Positions 24,450-35,427 are shown, numbered from the stretch's first letter. The stretch: DNA of 38,951 nt from Isurus oxyrinchus (GCA_026770705.1 JANJGN010000385.1:397050-436000), one strand, 5' to 3'. Notes: generated from the sequence alone by a model not told the origin. A program made the numbers and translations.

Positions 24450-26176
24450 GTAATATCATCGTCAGCCTGGACAGATTTATGGTAAAGGGTCTTTGTAAAG
24501 ATCATTCTTATTGAGCTGTGATTGGGAACTAATTCAGCAGTGAGCCAGTGTACAAACTCACACCAAGTCCCATTCACCCATCACCCCTGTGCTCACTGAT
24601 ATACACTGACTCCCTGTCTGACAGCAGAATTGGAGAAGAATAGTGATCTCAGAGCGTTGTAGGGGCTGGAGACAGTTACCCAATTAGGCAGGATTGTAGC
24701 AGCTAGAGCAGAATCTTAAACTTCAGGTGATGTCGGCTGTTGGTCAGTGATAGATGGGGAGTGATGGGTTGAGCAGAAAATCAGGGAGAAAAACAGGGGG
24801 ATGACAGCTATCCTGATGCTAGGACACGGATAACAATGCGCTGTAATTTTGTGTCTATTGCTGATTTTAGTCAGAATTTCCCATGAAGACAACACAGCAG
24901 CTCCTAGAATAGACAGGCTGTTCAGCGTCACACTTCCTGTCCATTCTCACCTTGCTAGATACTTCAATAAGGGAGCAAGATAACTGAAAGAGAGAAGGAA
25001 GGTAAAGCTGTCTGTGTGTAAAACAGTCAAATATTCTGAGTTATCATGAGTGTCTCTGATCTGCTGCAGAGTTTAAATTTCACAGAATCTGAGCACTTTG
25101 CAGCTCAGAGAGAGACCATTGACTCACTGCCTGAAAGGGCGGTGGAAGCAGATTCAACAGGAACTTTCAGAAGGGGAACTGGATAAATACTTGAAGGGTA
25201 AATTTTGCAGGGCTTTGGAGGAGAGAGCAGAGCTGAGCGTGGGAATAATTAGACAGATATTTCAAAGCATCAACTATTCACAATCTACATTAGTGACTTG
25301 GATGAAGGGACTGACTGTACTGTAGACAGATTTTCTGACTGTATGGTGAAGATAGGTAGGAAATATATAAGCTGTGCAGGAAAGCAAGTTGTGAGGAGGA
25401 CACAAAGAGGCTGCAGAGGCAGATAAGTAGTTTCAGTGAGTGGATAAAAAAATGAGTGGCTGGCATGTAAGGAATGAAAATGTCAGGGTGTCCAGCTGAT
25501 CCTATTTGTTCTGTTCTTATATTCTTATACAGACACAGGGTTTACTGACAGTGCACAGCAAAGTGCTGTTCTCTCACTTTGTACCAACTTCCTCATTTTG
25601 ATAAACTGAGACACATCAGCTCTTTCTAATTAAATACACAGAGGGAGCAGCACAGAAAGAGGTCATTCAGCCCAAGCAGAGCGTGTGGGCACTTCCTCCC
25701 CAGGCGAGCAGTTGGACAGGTCCTGGGTAAGTAACGGAACGATTGGAATTCACTTCCACCACCAACACCGTCCTTTGTTGATGTTGTGACTTAATAAAGA
25801 CAGATTCCAATGATTGATGCCTTTGAAAGATTTCTACTGATTATTGAGATCTGGGTGTGAGGATCAAGTCTGTTGTACAGAACATCTTTCTAGCTCAAGG
25901 GATGAGGGAAGTGGAGTGACATGAGATTTTGGATGCTCTGAGGTGGTGAAAGGTGCTATACAAATGCAAATCCTTCATTGTTTTTCTTCCTTAAAGCCTT
26001 GTAACTCTCTGCAGAGCACCTATCATCCCACCGTGAATCAAATTAGTCAGTGAAGACATTGTCTAAAAGGAGTTCTGATCTTTCGAGAGCTGTCGGACAA
26101 GAGGTGAGGTCTCATTATCTCCTTTCTCTTTCAGAGTTTGACAGTGAGAAGTGAATGGAATATCTGGGCGTGGACG

Positions 26177-26216
26177 ATGATCGGGAAATCTTACTTCCTC
26201 CTGTCACTTCTCCAAG
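26177..26216 (+). CDS. Signal-peptide exon, unit 8, nearest the V exon (MIGKSYFLLSLLQ)
   Basis: Intact ATG, frame and GT donor. Confidence 0.82.
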
Positions 26217-27088
26217 GTAATATCATCGTCAGCTTGGACAGATTTATGGTAAAGGGTCTTTGTAAAGATCAATCTTATTGATCTCTGATTGGGAACTAAT
26301 TCAGCAGTGAGCCAGTGTACAAACTCATACCAAGTCCCATTCACCCATCACCCCTGTGCTCACTGATATACACTGACTCCCTGTCTGACAGCAGAATTGG
26401 AGAAGAATAGTGATCTCAGAGCGTTGTAGGGGCTGGAGACGGTTACACAATTAGGCAGGATTGTAGCAGCTAGAGCAGAATCTTAAACTTCAGGTGATGT
26501 CGGCTGTTGGTCAGTGATAGATGGGGAGTGATGGGTTGAGCAGAAAATCAGGGAAAGAACCTGGGGGATGAAATCTATCCTGGTGCTAGGATTCTGATAG
26601 CAATATCCTGAAATTTGTGTCTTTTGCTGATTTTGGTCAGAATTTCCCATGAAGACAACACAGCAGCTCCTAGAATAGACAGGCTGTTCAGTGTCACACT
26701 TCCTGTCCATTCACACCATGCCAGAAACTTTGATAAGGGAGCAAGATAACTGAAAGAGAGAAGGGAGGCAAAGCTGTCTGTGTGTACAACTGTCAAATAT
26801 TCTGAGTTATCATGATTGTCTCTGATCTGCTGCAGAGTTTAAATTTCACAGAATCTGAGCACTTTGCAGCTCAGAGAGAGACCATTGACTCACTGCCTGA
26901 AAGGGCGGTGGAAGCAGATTCAACAGGAACTTTCAGAAGGGGAACTGGATAAATACTTGAAGGGAAATTTGCAGGGATGTGTGAAAGGTGCTGGAGAGGA
27001 ATTGGGAAAGAGCCAGCACATGCACGATGGGTCAAATGAGCTCCTCCTGTGCTGTATCATTCAACAATCAGAGAATTTTAGATCCTTA

Positions 27089-27821
27089 TCAGCAAATCTT
27101 CAGAATCCTGCTGAATCACGGATATTTCAGAAGGACAGGGAACCAGAGGTTTCTGGTATCAGCGTTTCATGTGGGGCCCAGTTCAGTTTGAACAAATAAA
27201 CAACACCATCTTTGAAAGTCATGAACCCACCACAGCGGCACCTCCAACACATGCAGAGCTCAGGCTAGAGGCGCTTTGTTAGTGTGTTTCACAGTGTCTG
27301 CTGGAGTAGGGTCAGTGCTGAGCTTGGGGACAAGTCAGTCTACAATGCTGCATCGGAATCAACAATACAACAATATGGGGTTTGGATCAGAAATAATCCC
27401 CTAGACAATGAGGATCCAAAGAGATTCCTTAGACAATGAGGATCCAAAGAGATTCCTTAGACAATGAGGATCCAAAGAGATTCCTTAGACAATGAGGATA
27501 CAATGAGATTCCTCAGACAATGAGGATCCAAAGTGATTCCTCAGACAAGGAGGATCCAAAGAGATTCCTTATTCCATTGGTTGTCTAATTGGGGTCCATA
27601 ATTTTCCAAGGGGTCCTCGGCAGAATCAAATTATCGAGCACGAGAGAGAAAAACACCGGAGAGAACGGGAAAGGTGTGTTGGGCTCATGACTTTCAAAGA
27701 TGGTGTTGTTTATTTGTTCAAACTGAACTGGGCCCCACACAAAACGCTGATACCAGAAACCTCTTGTTCCGTGTTCTTCTGAAATATCCGTGACTTCAGC
27801 AGGATTCTGAAGAGTTGCTGA
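27089..27821. repeat. Inverted repeat: ~146-bp arms (27089-27234, 27675-27821) with a 440-bp spacer
   Basis: TCAGCAAATCTTCAGAATCCTGCTGAA...GAAAGTCATGAACCCACCACA versus its reverse complement TGTGTTGGGCTCATGACTTTC...CAGCAGGATTCTGAAGAGTTGCTGA. Confidence 0.92.
27402..27569. repeat. 28-bp tandem repeat x6 (TAGACAATGAGGATCCAAAGAGATTCCT)
   Basis: Copies start at 27402, 27430, 27458, 27486, 27514, 27542. Confidence 0.95.
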
Positions 27822-28169
27822 TGGAGGAACAGAAACCCAATTTTTTTTTTGGTGAAGTTCAGTCAGGAACCAATAACGTTTTGTTTCAAGTAGACGTTGT
27901 TTGAGATTCAAGACACTTGCTAAGAGAATAAGGCGACAAGATTCCATTTTTGCACAGACACCCTGGGGTCTGCCCTCGGCCCCCCCCAAAAATGACAAAA
28001 GCAGCAAATTGTGCTGCGAGCCCCCCGCGCACGTGTGAACCTCCCGAGGTCTGTGAGGACTCGGCGTTCCGGCTCTCTGCTCACGATGCACGAGGTCAGT
28101 CTGGATCTCAGGCCAAGGTGGGATGGAGGAACACAGGGAGAACGGATACAGATACATCATTCACCAAAA

Positions 28170-28750
28170 GTTACACCACACATTAACCAGGTCAGAAAAA
28201 TAGCAGTCCAAACGCTAGACTTTATTCTGAAAGGGAGTGAATTGAAAAGCAGGGAAGTGATGGAAAACCTGTATTGAACCTTGGTCAGTCTACATTGACC
28301 GTGCTGCCTGCAGTTCTGGTCACCATGTTATAAAAAGGATATAGAGACACTGGAGAGGGCGCAGAGAAGATTGACAATGATGATCCCAGAAATGTGGGGG
28401 TAAACATATGAGGACAGGACTGACGGGCTGGGTCTCTCTTCCCTAGAAGAGACAAGGCTGAGGGGATGACCTAATCCAGGTGTTTAAAACTGAGAAAGGT
28501 TTCGATGGAGTGGATACAGAGAGAGTGTTTCCTCTTGTTGGGAGAGGAGACCAGAACTAGGGGCCCTCAATATGAGATCATCACTGATAAACCCAATGGG
28601 GAATTCCGGAGAAACGTCTTTACCAAGAGAGTGGGGAGAATGTGGAACTCGCTCCCACAGGGAGTGGCTGGGGTGAATAGTATTGATGTATTTAAGACGG
28701 AACCTGGATTAACACATGAGGGAGAAAGGAACATAGGGGTATGATGGTAG
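28170..28750 (+). mobile_element. CR1 LINE 3' fragment
   Basis: QFWSPCYKKDIETLERAQRR and FRRNVFTKRVGRMWNSLPQ remnants. Confidence 0.8.
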
Positions 28751-29289
28751 GTTTAGAGGAAAGTTTTTAGTTGACTGGGTAGACAGAGAATATTTCCCCT
28801 TGTGGGCAGGAGAATAACTAGAGGCCGAGTGATTGGTGATTCCTTAAACATTGAAGAGGGAATGAACACCAATCAGATTGAATCAGATTAGCCAATCAGC
28901 TGTGTTGAAGAGCAGACAGGAATGTTAGGCTAATTAGTGATTCATGACGGTGATAATGGGGGGAGTTCTGAGGGCTCCTAATCCATTGTCCTGTCTTGTA
29001 AATCAGCACTGAATGGATCTCAATTGGTGTGCCTTGTAGACACTGTGTTGGGAGGAAGACTGGCTTCACTAAACAGGTTCCTGAGGACCATGAGCCAATG
29101 TAGAATGAACTTGTCCACTCCTGTGTCCAGGATTCACTTCCATCCATTGTGAAACCTTGGGGAGTTCCTTGTGTGTCCTGTAGATGGTCCACACTGCAGC
29201 CACTGTGCCCCAGTGATGGAGGGGGTGGATATCGAGTCTAGTGGATCTACAAACCTTCCAGAGTTAAATATTGATATTTCTCTCCCCAG

Positions 29290-29658
29290 TTGGACTGTCA
29301 CAAGAGTGGAAAGGTGACACTCCACGAGAGGTGTCAGCGCAGCAATGTTCGTGTGTACAGATTCCATGTCATTACAGTTATCCAGCAAAATTTGAAAACC
29401 AACCGCGAGGTGCACTCTGGTTTAATAATGAGAAACAGATTCCCTGGGCTCCCATTGCCTTTCACTCCAAGGATCACAGTCACGAGTTACCACGGTTCCA
29501 CCATCGGACCCGGCTGTCTGGAGACCTGAAAGATGGCGACTGTTCCCTGATTATAAACAACATCAGACGGGAAGATGCAGGACCTTATTTTTTCAGAATA
29601 GAATTTGACAATGGTCCGAGCCATAACTATTACCCTGTAACCCAGCTTCACGTTTCTG
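29290..29658 (+). CDS. Siglec-like gene B, V-set Ig exon (sialic-acid-binding type)
   Basis: tctccccag|...TCT G|gtaagt, 369 bp, phase 1-1; Siglec hallmarks SCVQIPC, DCSLII (B-E strand disulfide) and DAGPYFFR with the essential Arg (29595-29597) and no F-strand Cys. Confidence 0.92.
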
Positions 29659-30057
29659 GTAAGTGCTGTGTTATAATTACTCAACAATTCACATTCAACA
29701 CTCAATGGGAAATAACACAAACTGTGACGTTTACATATTAGCACAAAACACAGCTTATTATAACACACTGTCTGATTCTCAATAACCTCGTGATAGCTTC
29801 CAGTTCAGTCCTAAAGCAACCTCTAATACTCACTTTAATATCAATGATGAAATGCATTGACTGTGTCCATTAATGTTATCAGGTTATCCACTCTCATCGA
29901 TCTCTCTAATCAGTTTAAAAGTCTTTCCTGATCATTGTAACCTCTCAGTTCTGACATCATCCTTGTAAAAGTGCTTTCTCGTGTGGGACTGTGGTTTCTA
30001 TTTGAACTGATGCTTCACGTTATATTTCTCTAAAAGGATCCATTCTCTGTCTGTTAG

Positions 30058-30354
30058 ATTTCACAGATAAACCCAAGATATTCCCTGCTGAAATTATTGC
30101 AGGAAAGCGTGTGGATGTAAGCTGCACCTTCAACACAACGTGCAATGGAACAGCAGCACCTGTCTTAACCTGGGACACTCCCCCTGACGTACCTGGATCT
30201 GTCTCAAACACTGTAACTCAGCATGGTGTCACTCTGACCTATACTTCTGTTCTGACCCTGATCCCATCACTCAAACACCATGGACACACTCTCAGCTGCA
30301 GAGTGAGATATCCATCTGTTTCATCGGAGCGGACCCTCGTACTAACTGTGCAAG
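30058..30354 (+). CDS. Gene B C2-set domain 2 exon
   Basis: ctgttag|AT TTC...CAA G|gtaagt, 297 bp; SCTFNTTC, LTW, SVLTLIPSLKHHGHTLSCRV typical of Siglec domain 2. Confidence 0.92.
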
Positions 30355-30364
30355 GTAAGTATGG

Positions 30365-31780
30365 ACATCCAGTGTCTGGTGAGATAGTTGATACATTGGT
30401 TTTCATCTTCCAAAACTCCCTAGATTGAGGGAAGGTCCCATTAGATTGGAAGATAGGAAATGTAGCTCCATTATTCAAAAAGAGAGGGAGACAGAAATTG
30501 GGCAACTATAGGTTTAACATCTGTCATAGGGAAATTGTTAGGAGCTATTATTAAAGACGTTATAGCAGGGCACTCCAATAAGCTCAATGTCATCAGGCAT
30601 AGTCAACATTGTTTTGTGACAGGGCAATTGCATTTAGCCAACTTATTGGATTTCTTTGAGGAAGTAACATGTGAATAAAGGGGAACTGGTGGATGTACTG
30701 TACCTATACATCCAGGAGGCATTGGATAAAGTGCCACATCACAGGTTATTGTGGATAATAAAAGCTCATTATGTAGAGGCTAACATTTCGGCATGGTTAG
30801 AAGATTGGCTAGCTAGCAGGAAGCAGCGAGTAGGCATAAATGGGTCTTTTTCAGGTTGGCAGAATGTGAGGATTGATGTGCCACAGGGGTCAGTGCTGGG
30901 ACCACAACAGTTATCAATTTCTGTAAATCATTTTGATGAAGGGATTGTTGGGATGGTAACTAAATTTGCTGATGATACAGGGATATGAAATGGTCCATTT
31001 TGACAGGAGAAATGAAAGAGCAGCATGTTATCTAAGTGGTGAGAGATTGCATTGTTCTGAAGTGCAGAGGGATCTGGGTGTTCCAGTGCATGAATCATAA
31101 AAGGCCAATATCCAGGTTCAGCAAATAACTAGGAAAGCTAATAAAACGTTATCATTGATTGTGAGGGGGAATTGAATACAAAAGTAGGGAGGCTACACTT
31201 CAGTTGTACAGGGAACTGCTGAGACCACATTAGGAGTACTGTGTACAGTATTGGTCTCCTTATTTAAGGAAGGATGTAAATGCGTCGGAAGCAGTTCAGA
31301 GAAGGTTTACCAGACCAATACCTGGAATGGGTGGGTTTGTCTGATGAGGAAAGGCTGGACAGACTAGGATTGGATCAGCTGGAGTTGAGAAGAGTAAGAG
31401 GCGACTTGATTGAAACATGTAAGATCCTGAGGGGTCTTGACAGGGTGGGTGTGGAGAGGGAGTTTCCTCTTATGGAAGAATCTAGAACTCGGGGTGACTG
31501 ATTAAAAGTAACGGGACGTACATTTAAGAGAGAGATGAGATGAAATTTTTTTCTCTCCGGGTTTGTAAGTCTTTGGAACTCTCTTCCTGAAATGATGGTA
31601 GAAACAGGGTCTTTAGATATTTTTAAAGCAGAGCAGCACAGATCCTTGGTCAGCAAGGGGGTGAGAGGTTATCGGGGGTGGATGGGATGCAGATTTCAGG
31701 TTAATATCAGATCAGCCAAGATCTTATTAAATGATGGACCAGCCTCAAGGGGCTGAATGGCCTACTCCTGCTCCTTGTTT
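30365..31780 (+). mobile_element. CR1 LINE, degenerate RT and 3' tail
   Basis: IFQNSLD, VPQGSVLGP, KFADDT, RRVRGDLIETCKILRG motifs. Confidence 0.9.
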
Positions 31781-31876
31781 ACCTATTCTACATCAGCTGT
31801 GATAGTCCTGACTTTGCACAGCAAGATCCCACAAACTGCACTCTGTTTAGCAACAGATCACCTATCTGATAAAAAT

Positions 31877-32950
31877 TCACCTCTGACAGTGCAGCACTCT
31901 CTCAGAACTGACACTCCAACAGTTCAGCACCACCTCTCCACTGACCCTCTGACAATGTAGCGCTCCCTCAGTACTGACACTCCAAAAGTTCAGCACCATC
32001 TCTCTACTGACCCTCTGACAATGCATCACTCCCTCAGTACTGACCACCTGACAGTGCAGTGCTCCCGCAGCACTGACCCACCGACAATGCTGCAATCCCT
32101 AGGTACTGACCCTCCGACAGTGCAGCACTCCCTCAGTACTGAGAGTCAGTACTGCGGGAGTGCTGCACTGTCGGACGGTCAGTACTGAGGGAGTGCTGCA
32201 CTGTCAGAGGGCAGTACTGAGAGAGTGCCACACTGTCAGAGTGTCAGTACTGAGGGAGTGCTGCACTGTCAGAGGGTCAGTACTGAGGGAGTGCTGCACT
32301 TCGGAGGGTGAATACTGAGGGAGTGCTGCACTGTCAGAGGGTCATTACTGAGGGATTGCTGCAATGTCAGAGGGTCATTACTGAGGGAGTGCTGCACTGT
32401 CGGAGGGTCAGTATTGAGGGAGTGCTGCACTGTCGGAGGGTGAATACTGAGGGAGTGCTGCACTGTTGGAGGGTGAATACTGAGGGAGTGCTGCACTGTC
32501 ATCGGGTCAGTACTGAGGGAGTGCTGAACTTTCAGAGGGTCAGTACTGAGGGGGTGCTGCACTGTTGGAGAGTGAGTACTGAGGTGGTGCTGCACCATTG
32601 GGGGTTCAGTACTGACGGAGTGCTGCACTGTCACCGGGTCAGTACTGAGGGAGTGCTGCACTGTCAGAGGGTCAGTACTGAGGGCTGCTGCACTGTCAGA
32701 GGGTCAGTACTGAGGGAGTGCTACACTGTCAGAGGGTGAGTACTGAGGGAGTGCTGCACTGTCAGAGGGTCAGTACTGATAGAGTGCTGTACTGTCAGAG
32801 GGTCAGTACTGATGGAGTGCTGTACTGTCGGAGGGTTAGTACTGAGGGAGTGCTGCACCGTCGGAGGGTGAGTACTGAGGGGGTGCTGCACCTTTGGGGG
32901 GTCAGTATTGAGGGAGTGCTGCACCGTTGGGGGGTCATTGCCGAGTGAGT
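31877..32950. repeat. 33-bp minisatellite block with an orientation switch at ~32143
   Basis: About 8 reverse-orientation units (31877-32141) followed by about 24 forward units. Confidence 0.92.
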
Positions 32951-33585
32951 GCTGCTCTGTCTGAGAATCATCACTTGTATCAAAACGTTTTTAACTTTAC
33001 TGTTGTTCCCACTTCAGCTGCAACTGCTCCACATCCCCATGTGTTAACTGGAGCATGTCAGCCTGGAGTTACGTGGAATTGCAGAGCAGAATCTGCTCTC
33101 ACACATTGAAGCTGGCAATCGCTAAGTGTCCCTCAGTGATGATGTTTTCTGATGGAATGAAACTTGGCAAAGCCGTGGGTAGTGATAAGGAGAGATTGGG
33201 CATGAGAGGGGCAGGATCAGTGTGAGGTGGGCAGACACATGGCTGATGCAGTTCAGCGCAGTGTCGTGTGAAGTGACGCACTTTGTCAGGATGAATACAG
33301 ACAGATATTGGACAGTAATGATTTGGACAGGTGTAGGTGAGCAGAGACCTGGGCGTCTCTCTGCACTCATTCTGAAAGATTAAAGGACAACTTGTTGAGG
33401 TGATGAAGAAAGAAAATGTCTTCCTTGTGTTAACAGACTGAGGAACTGAGTTAAAAGCAAAGAGATCATGCGGGAACTTTATAAATCACTGGTTAGAACT
33501 CAGCTGGAATATTGTTCAGAACGCTGGGCCTCCACACTTCAGGAAAGATGTAAGAGCTTCAGACAGGGTGTCCAAGAGGACAAAA

Positions 33586-33815
33586 CAGTAAAAACTGGGA
33601 CATAAGAGTCCTGCTCCAAACTGGTCTTGTATAGCTTAACGTATAACACCAGTAAAACTGGGAAATAAGAGTACTGCTCCAAACTGGTCTTGTATAGCTT
33701 AACATATAACACCAGTAAAACTGGGAAATAAGAGTCCTGGTCCAAACTGGTCTTGCATAGCTTAATATAGAACACCAGTAAAACTGCGAGATAAGAGTAC
33801 TGATCTGAACTGATT
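33586..33815. repeat. 63-bp tandem repeat, about 3.5 copies
   Basis: AGTAAAACTGGGAAATAAGAGT... at 33587, 33651, 33714, 33777. Confidence 0.9.
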
Positions 33816-33825
33816 TTTTGCTTCT

Positions 33826-34290
33826 GGGTGGAGAAGAGATTGAGCAGAAGGGGTCCAGGGATGAGGGATTTTAGCTACAAGGTTGGGTTGGAGGAGCTGG
33901 GGTTGTTCTCCTTGGATCAAAGGAGATTGAGGGGGGATCTGATCGAGGTGTACAAGATGATGATGGGTTTAGATAAGGTAGACAAAGAGAAGCTATTGCC
34001 ATTAGCTGATGGTACAAGGACTGGGGGACACAGATTGAAGGTTTTGTGCAGAGGGAGTGATGTGAGGAGGAACTTTTTTATAGAGTGAGTGGTAATGAGC
34101 TGGAACTCGCTGCCTACGAGGATGGTGGAAGTGGAGACGATGAACGATTTCAAAAGGAAATTGGACGGACACTTGGAAATAAACTTGCAGGGATACGAGG
34201 ACAGAGCGGGGGGAATGGGACTGAGTGGATTGCTCTACAGAGAAACAGCATGAACTGAATGGGCCAATGGCCTCCTTCTGTGTTCTGAGT
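33826..34290 (+). mobile_element. CR1 LINE 3' end
   Basis: LEELGLFSLDQRRLRGDLIEVYKMM; an older fragment lies at ~33240-33580. Confidence 0.85.
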
Positions 34291-34373
34291 GTCTGTGACC
34301 CTATTGAAAAATCAGAGGACAAATCCAAATTGTTTTCTGCTTGTCAGTTAACTTCTGGAACTTTCTATTCCAG

Positions 34374-34661
34374 ATGCTCCAGATAAGCCAGTTATTGTGC
34401 TCCTGAAGGATTTACAGGAGGGGACTCCTGCACATATCATCTGTAAATGCCTCTACACCTGCCCTGATAACCACCCCAATCTAACCTGGAGTGAATTGCT
34501 GACTTCCTCGGTCAGCACCATCACAGAGAACGGTGGTGATGTTTCCGCTCTACTGACCTTTAACCCTTCGTTCAAGCATCATTGATGAACTCTCTGCTGT
34601 ACGTGTGACTACTCTCAAACCAGCCATCGAGTGGTCAACTCAGTTACTCTGAGTGTAAAGT
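34374..34661 (+). pseudogene. Gene B third Ig (C2) exon with two consecutive in-frame stop codons
   Basis: ctattccag|AT GCT CCA...AAG T|gtaagt, 288 bp, phase 1-1; ...LTFNPSFKHH**TLCC... with TGA TGA at 34583-34588. Confidence 0.85.
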
Positions 34662-34714
34662 GTAAGTATTGGTTAGAACATCCTGCTTGTGATGGAGGGG
34701 GAGTCAGTCTCCTA

Positions 34715-35130
34715 CTAAATCAGGCATTGGAGAAGGTGCAAGTGGGATTGACAAGGATGATTCCAGAACTGAGAGGTTATAACTATCAGGAAAGACTGAA
34801 CAAGCTGGGCTTCTTTTCTCCAGAAAAGAGAAGGCTGAGGGGGTGACCTGATCGAGGTCCTTAAAATGGTGAAAGGGTTTCGATAGGGTAGATGTGGAGA
34901 AGATGTCTCCACTTGTCGGAGTGACGAAGAGTTAGGGGCCATCAATATAAGATCATCACTAATAAAATGGTGCACACTGCAAACAATGTGCGTTCATGGT
35001 GGAGGGAGTGAATGTTGAAGATGGTGGGTGGGATGCCAATCAATCGGGCTGCGTTGTCCTGGATGGTGTCGAGCTTCTTGAGTGTTGTTGGAGCCGCACT
35101 CATCCCGGCAACTGGAGAGAATTCCATCAC
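34715..35130. mobile_element. Adjacent LINE fragments (CR1 on +, second family on -)
   Basis: YQERLNKLGFFSPEKRRLRG on +; SAAPTTLKKLDTIQDNAARLIG on -. Confidence 0.75.
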
Positions 35131-35169
35131 ACTCAGTGTTTAATGTGTTGATAATTTTGTATTTGAAAG

Positions 35170-35427
35170 ATTCTCCTCACAACACGTCTGTCAGGCTGAC
35201 ACTGGAAAAAGGAAAGGTGATTTCTCTAAGTTGTTCCAGTGACGAGAATCCTGCGGTCCACAATTTCACCTGGTTTAAGATATCCCAAGGAAAGGTGACG
35301 AATCTGGCGCTCGCTGGTCAAACTATTACAGTTCCTTCTGGATTCGATGAGGAAATCTCCTACTACTGTGAAGCAACAAGTATCCTGGGCAGTTCCCAGT
35401 CTCTGCCCATTAGAATTCCCACTGAAT
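35170..35427 (+). CDS. Gene B fourth Ig (C2) exon
   Basis: aag|AT TCT CCT...GAA T|gtgagt, 258 bp; SLSCSSDENPAVHNFTWFK ... SYYCEA, CD22/sialoadhesin-type C2 domain. Confidence 0.85.

Larger units (their letters stand above)
12849..27011 (+). repeat. Tandem array of eight ~1.76-kb promoter + leader-exon units
   Basis: Units start at 12849, 14691, 16457, 18217, 19983, 21743, 23507, 25267; marker ORF recurs at 14522, 16288, 18048, 19814, 21574, 23338, 25098, 26864. Confidence 0.97.

Noticed and set aside
14522-27199. Repeated 75-111 aa ORFs 'MQLRERPLTHC...' and other array ORFs as a tandem gene family
   Set aside because: They start at TTG, overlap LINE remnants and the unit junction, and have variable stops
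27402-27569. 28-bp repeats as a CRISPR array
   Set aside because: Head-to-tail with no spacers, eukaryotic context, no cas genes
27585-28277. 191-aa minus-strand ORF and overlapping ORFs as a nested gene or transposase
   Set aside because: No recognisable domain; runs through the inverted-repeat arm and a homopolymer
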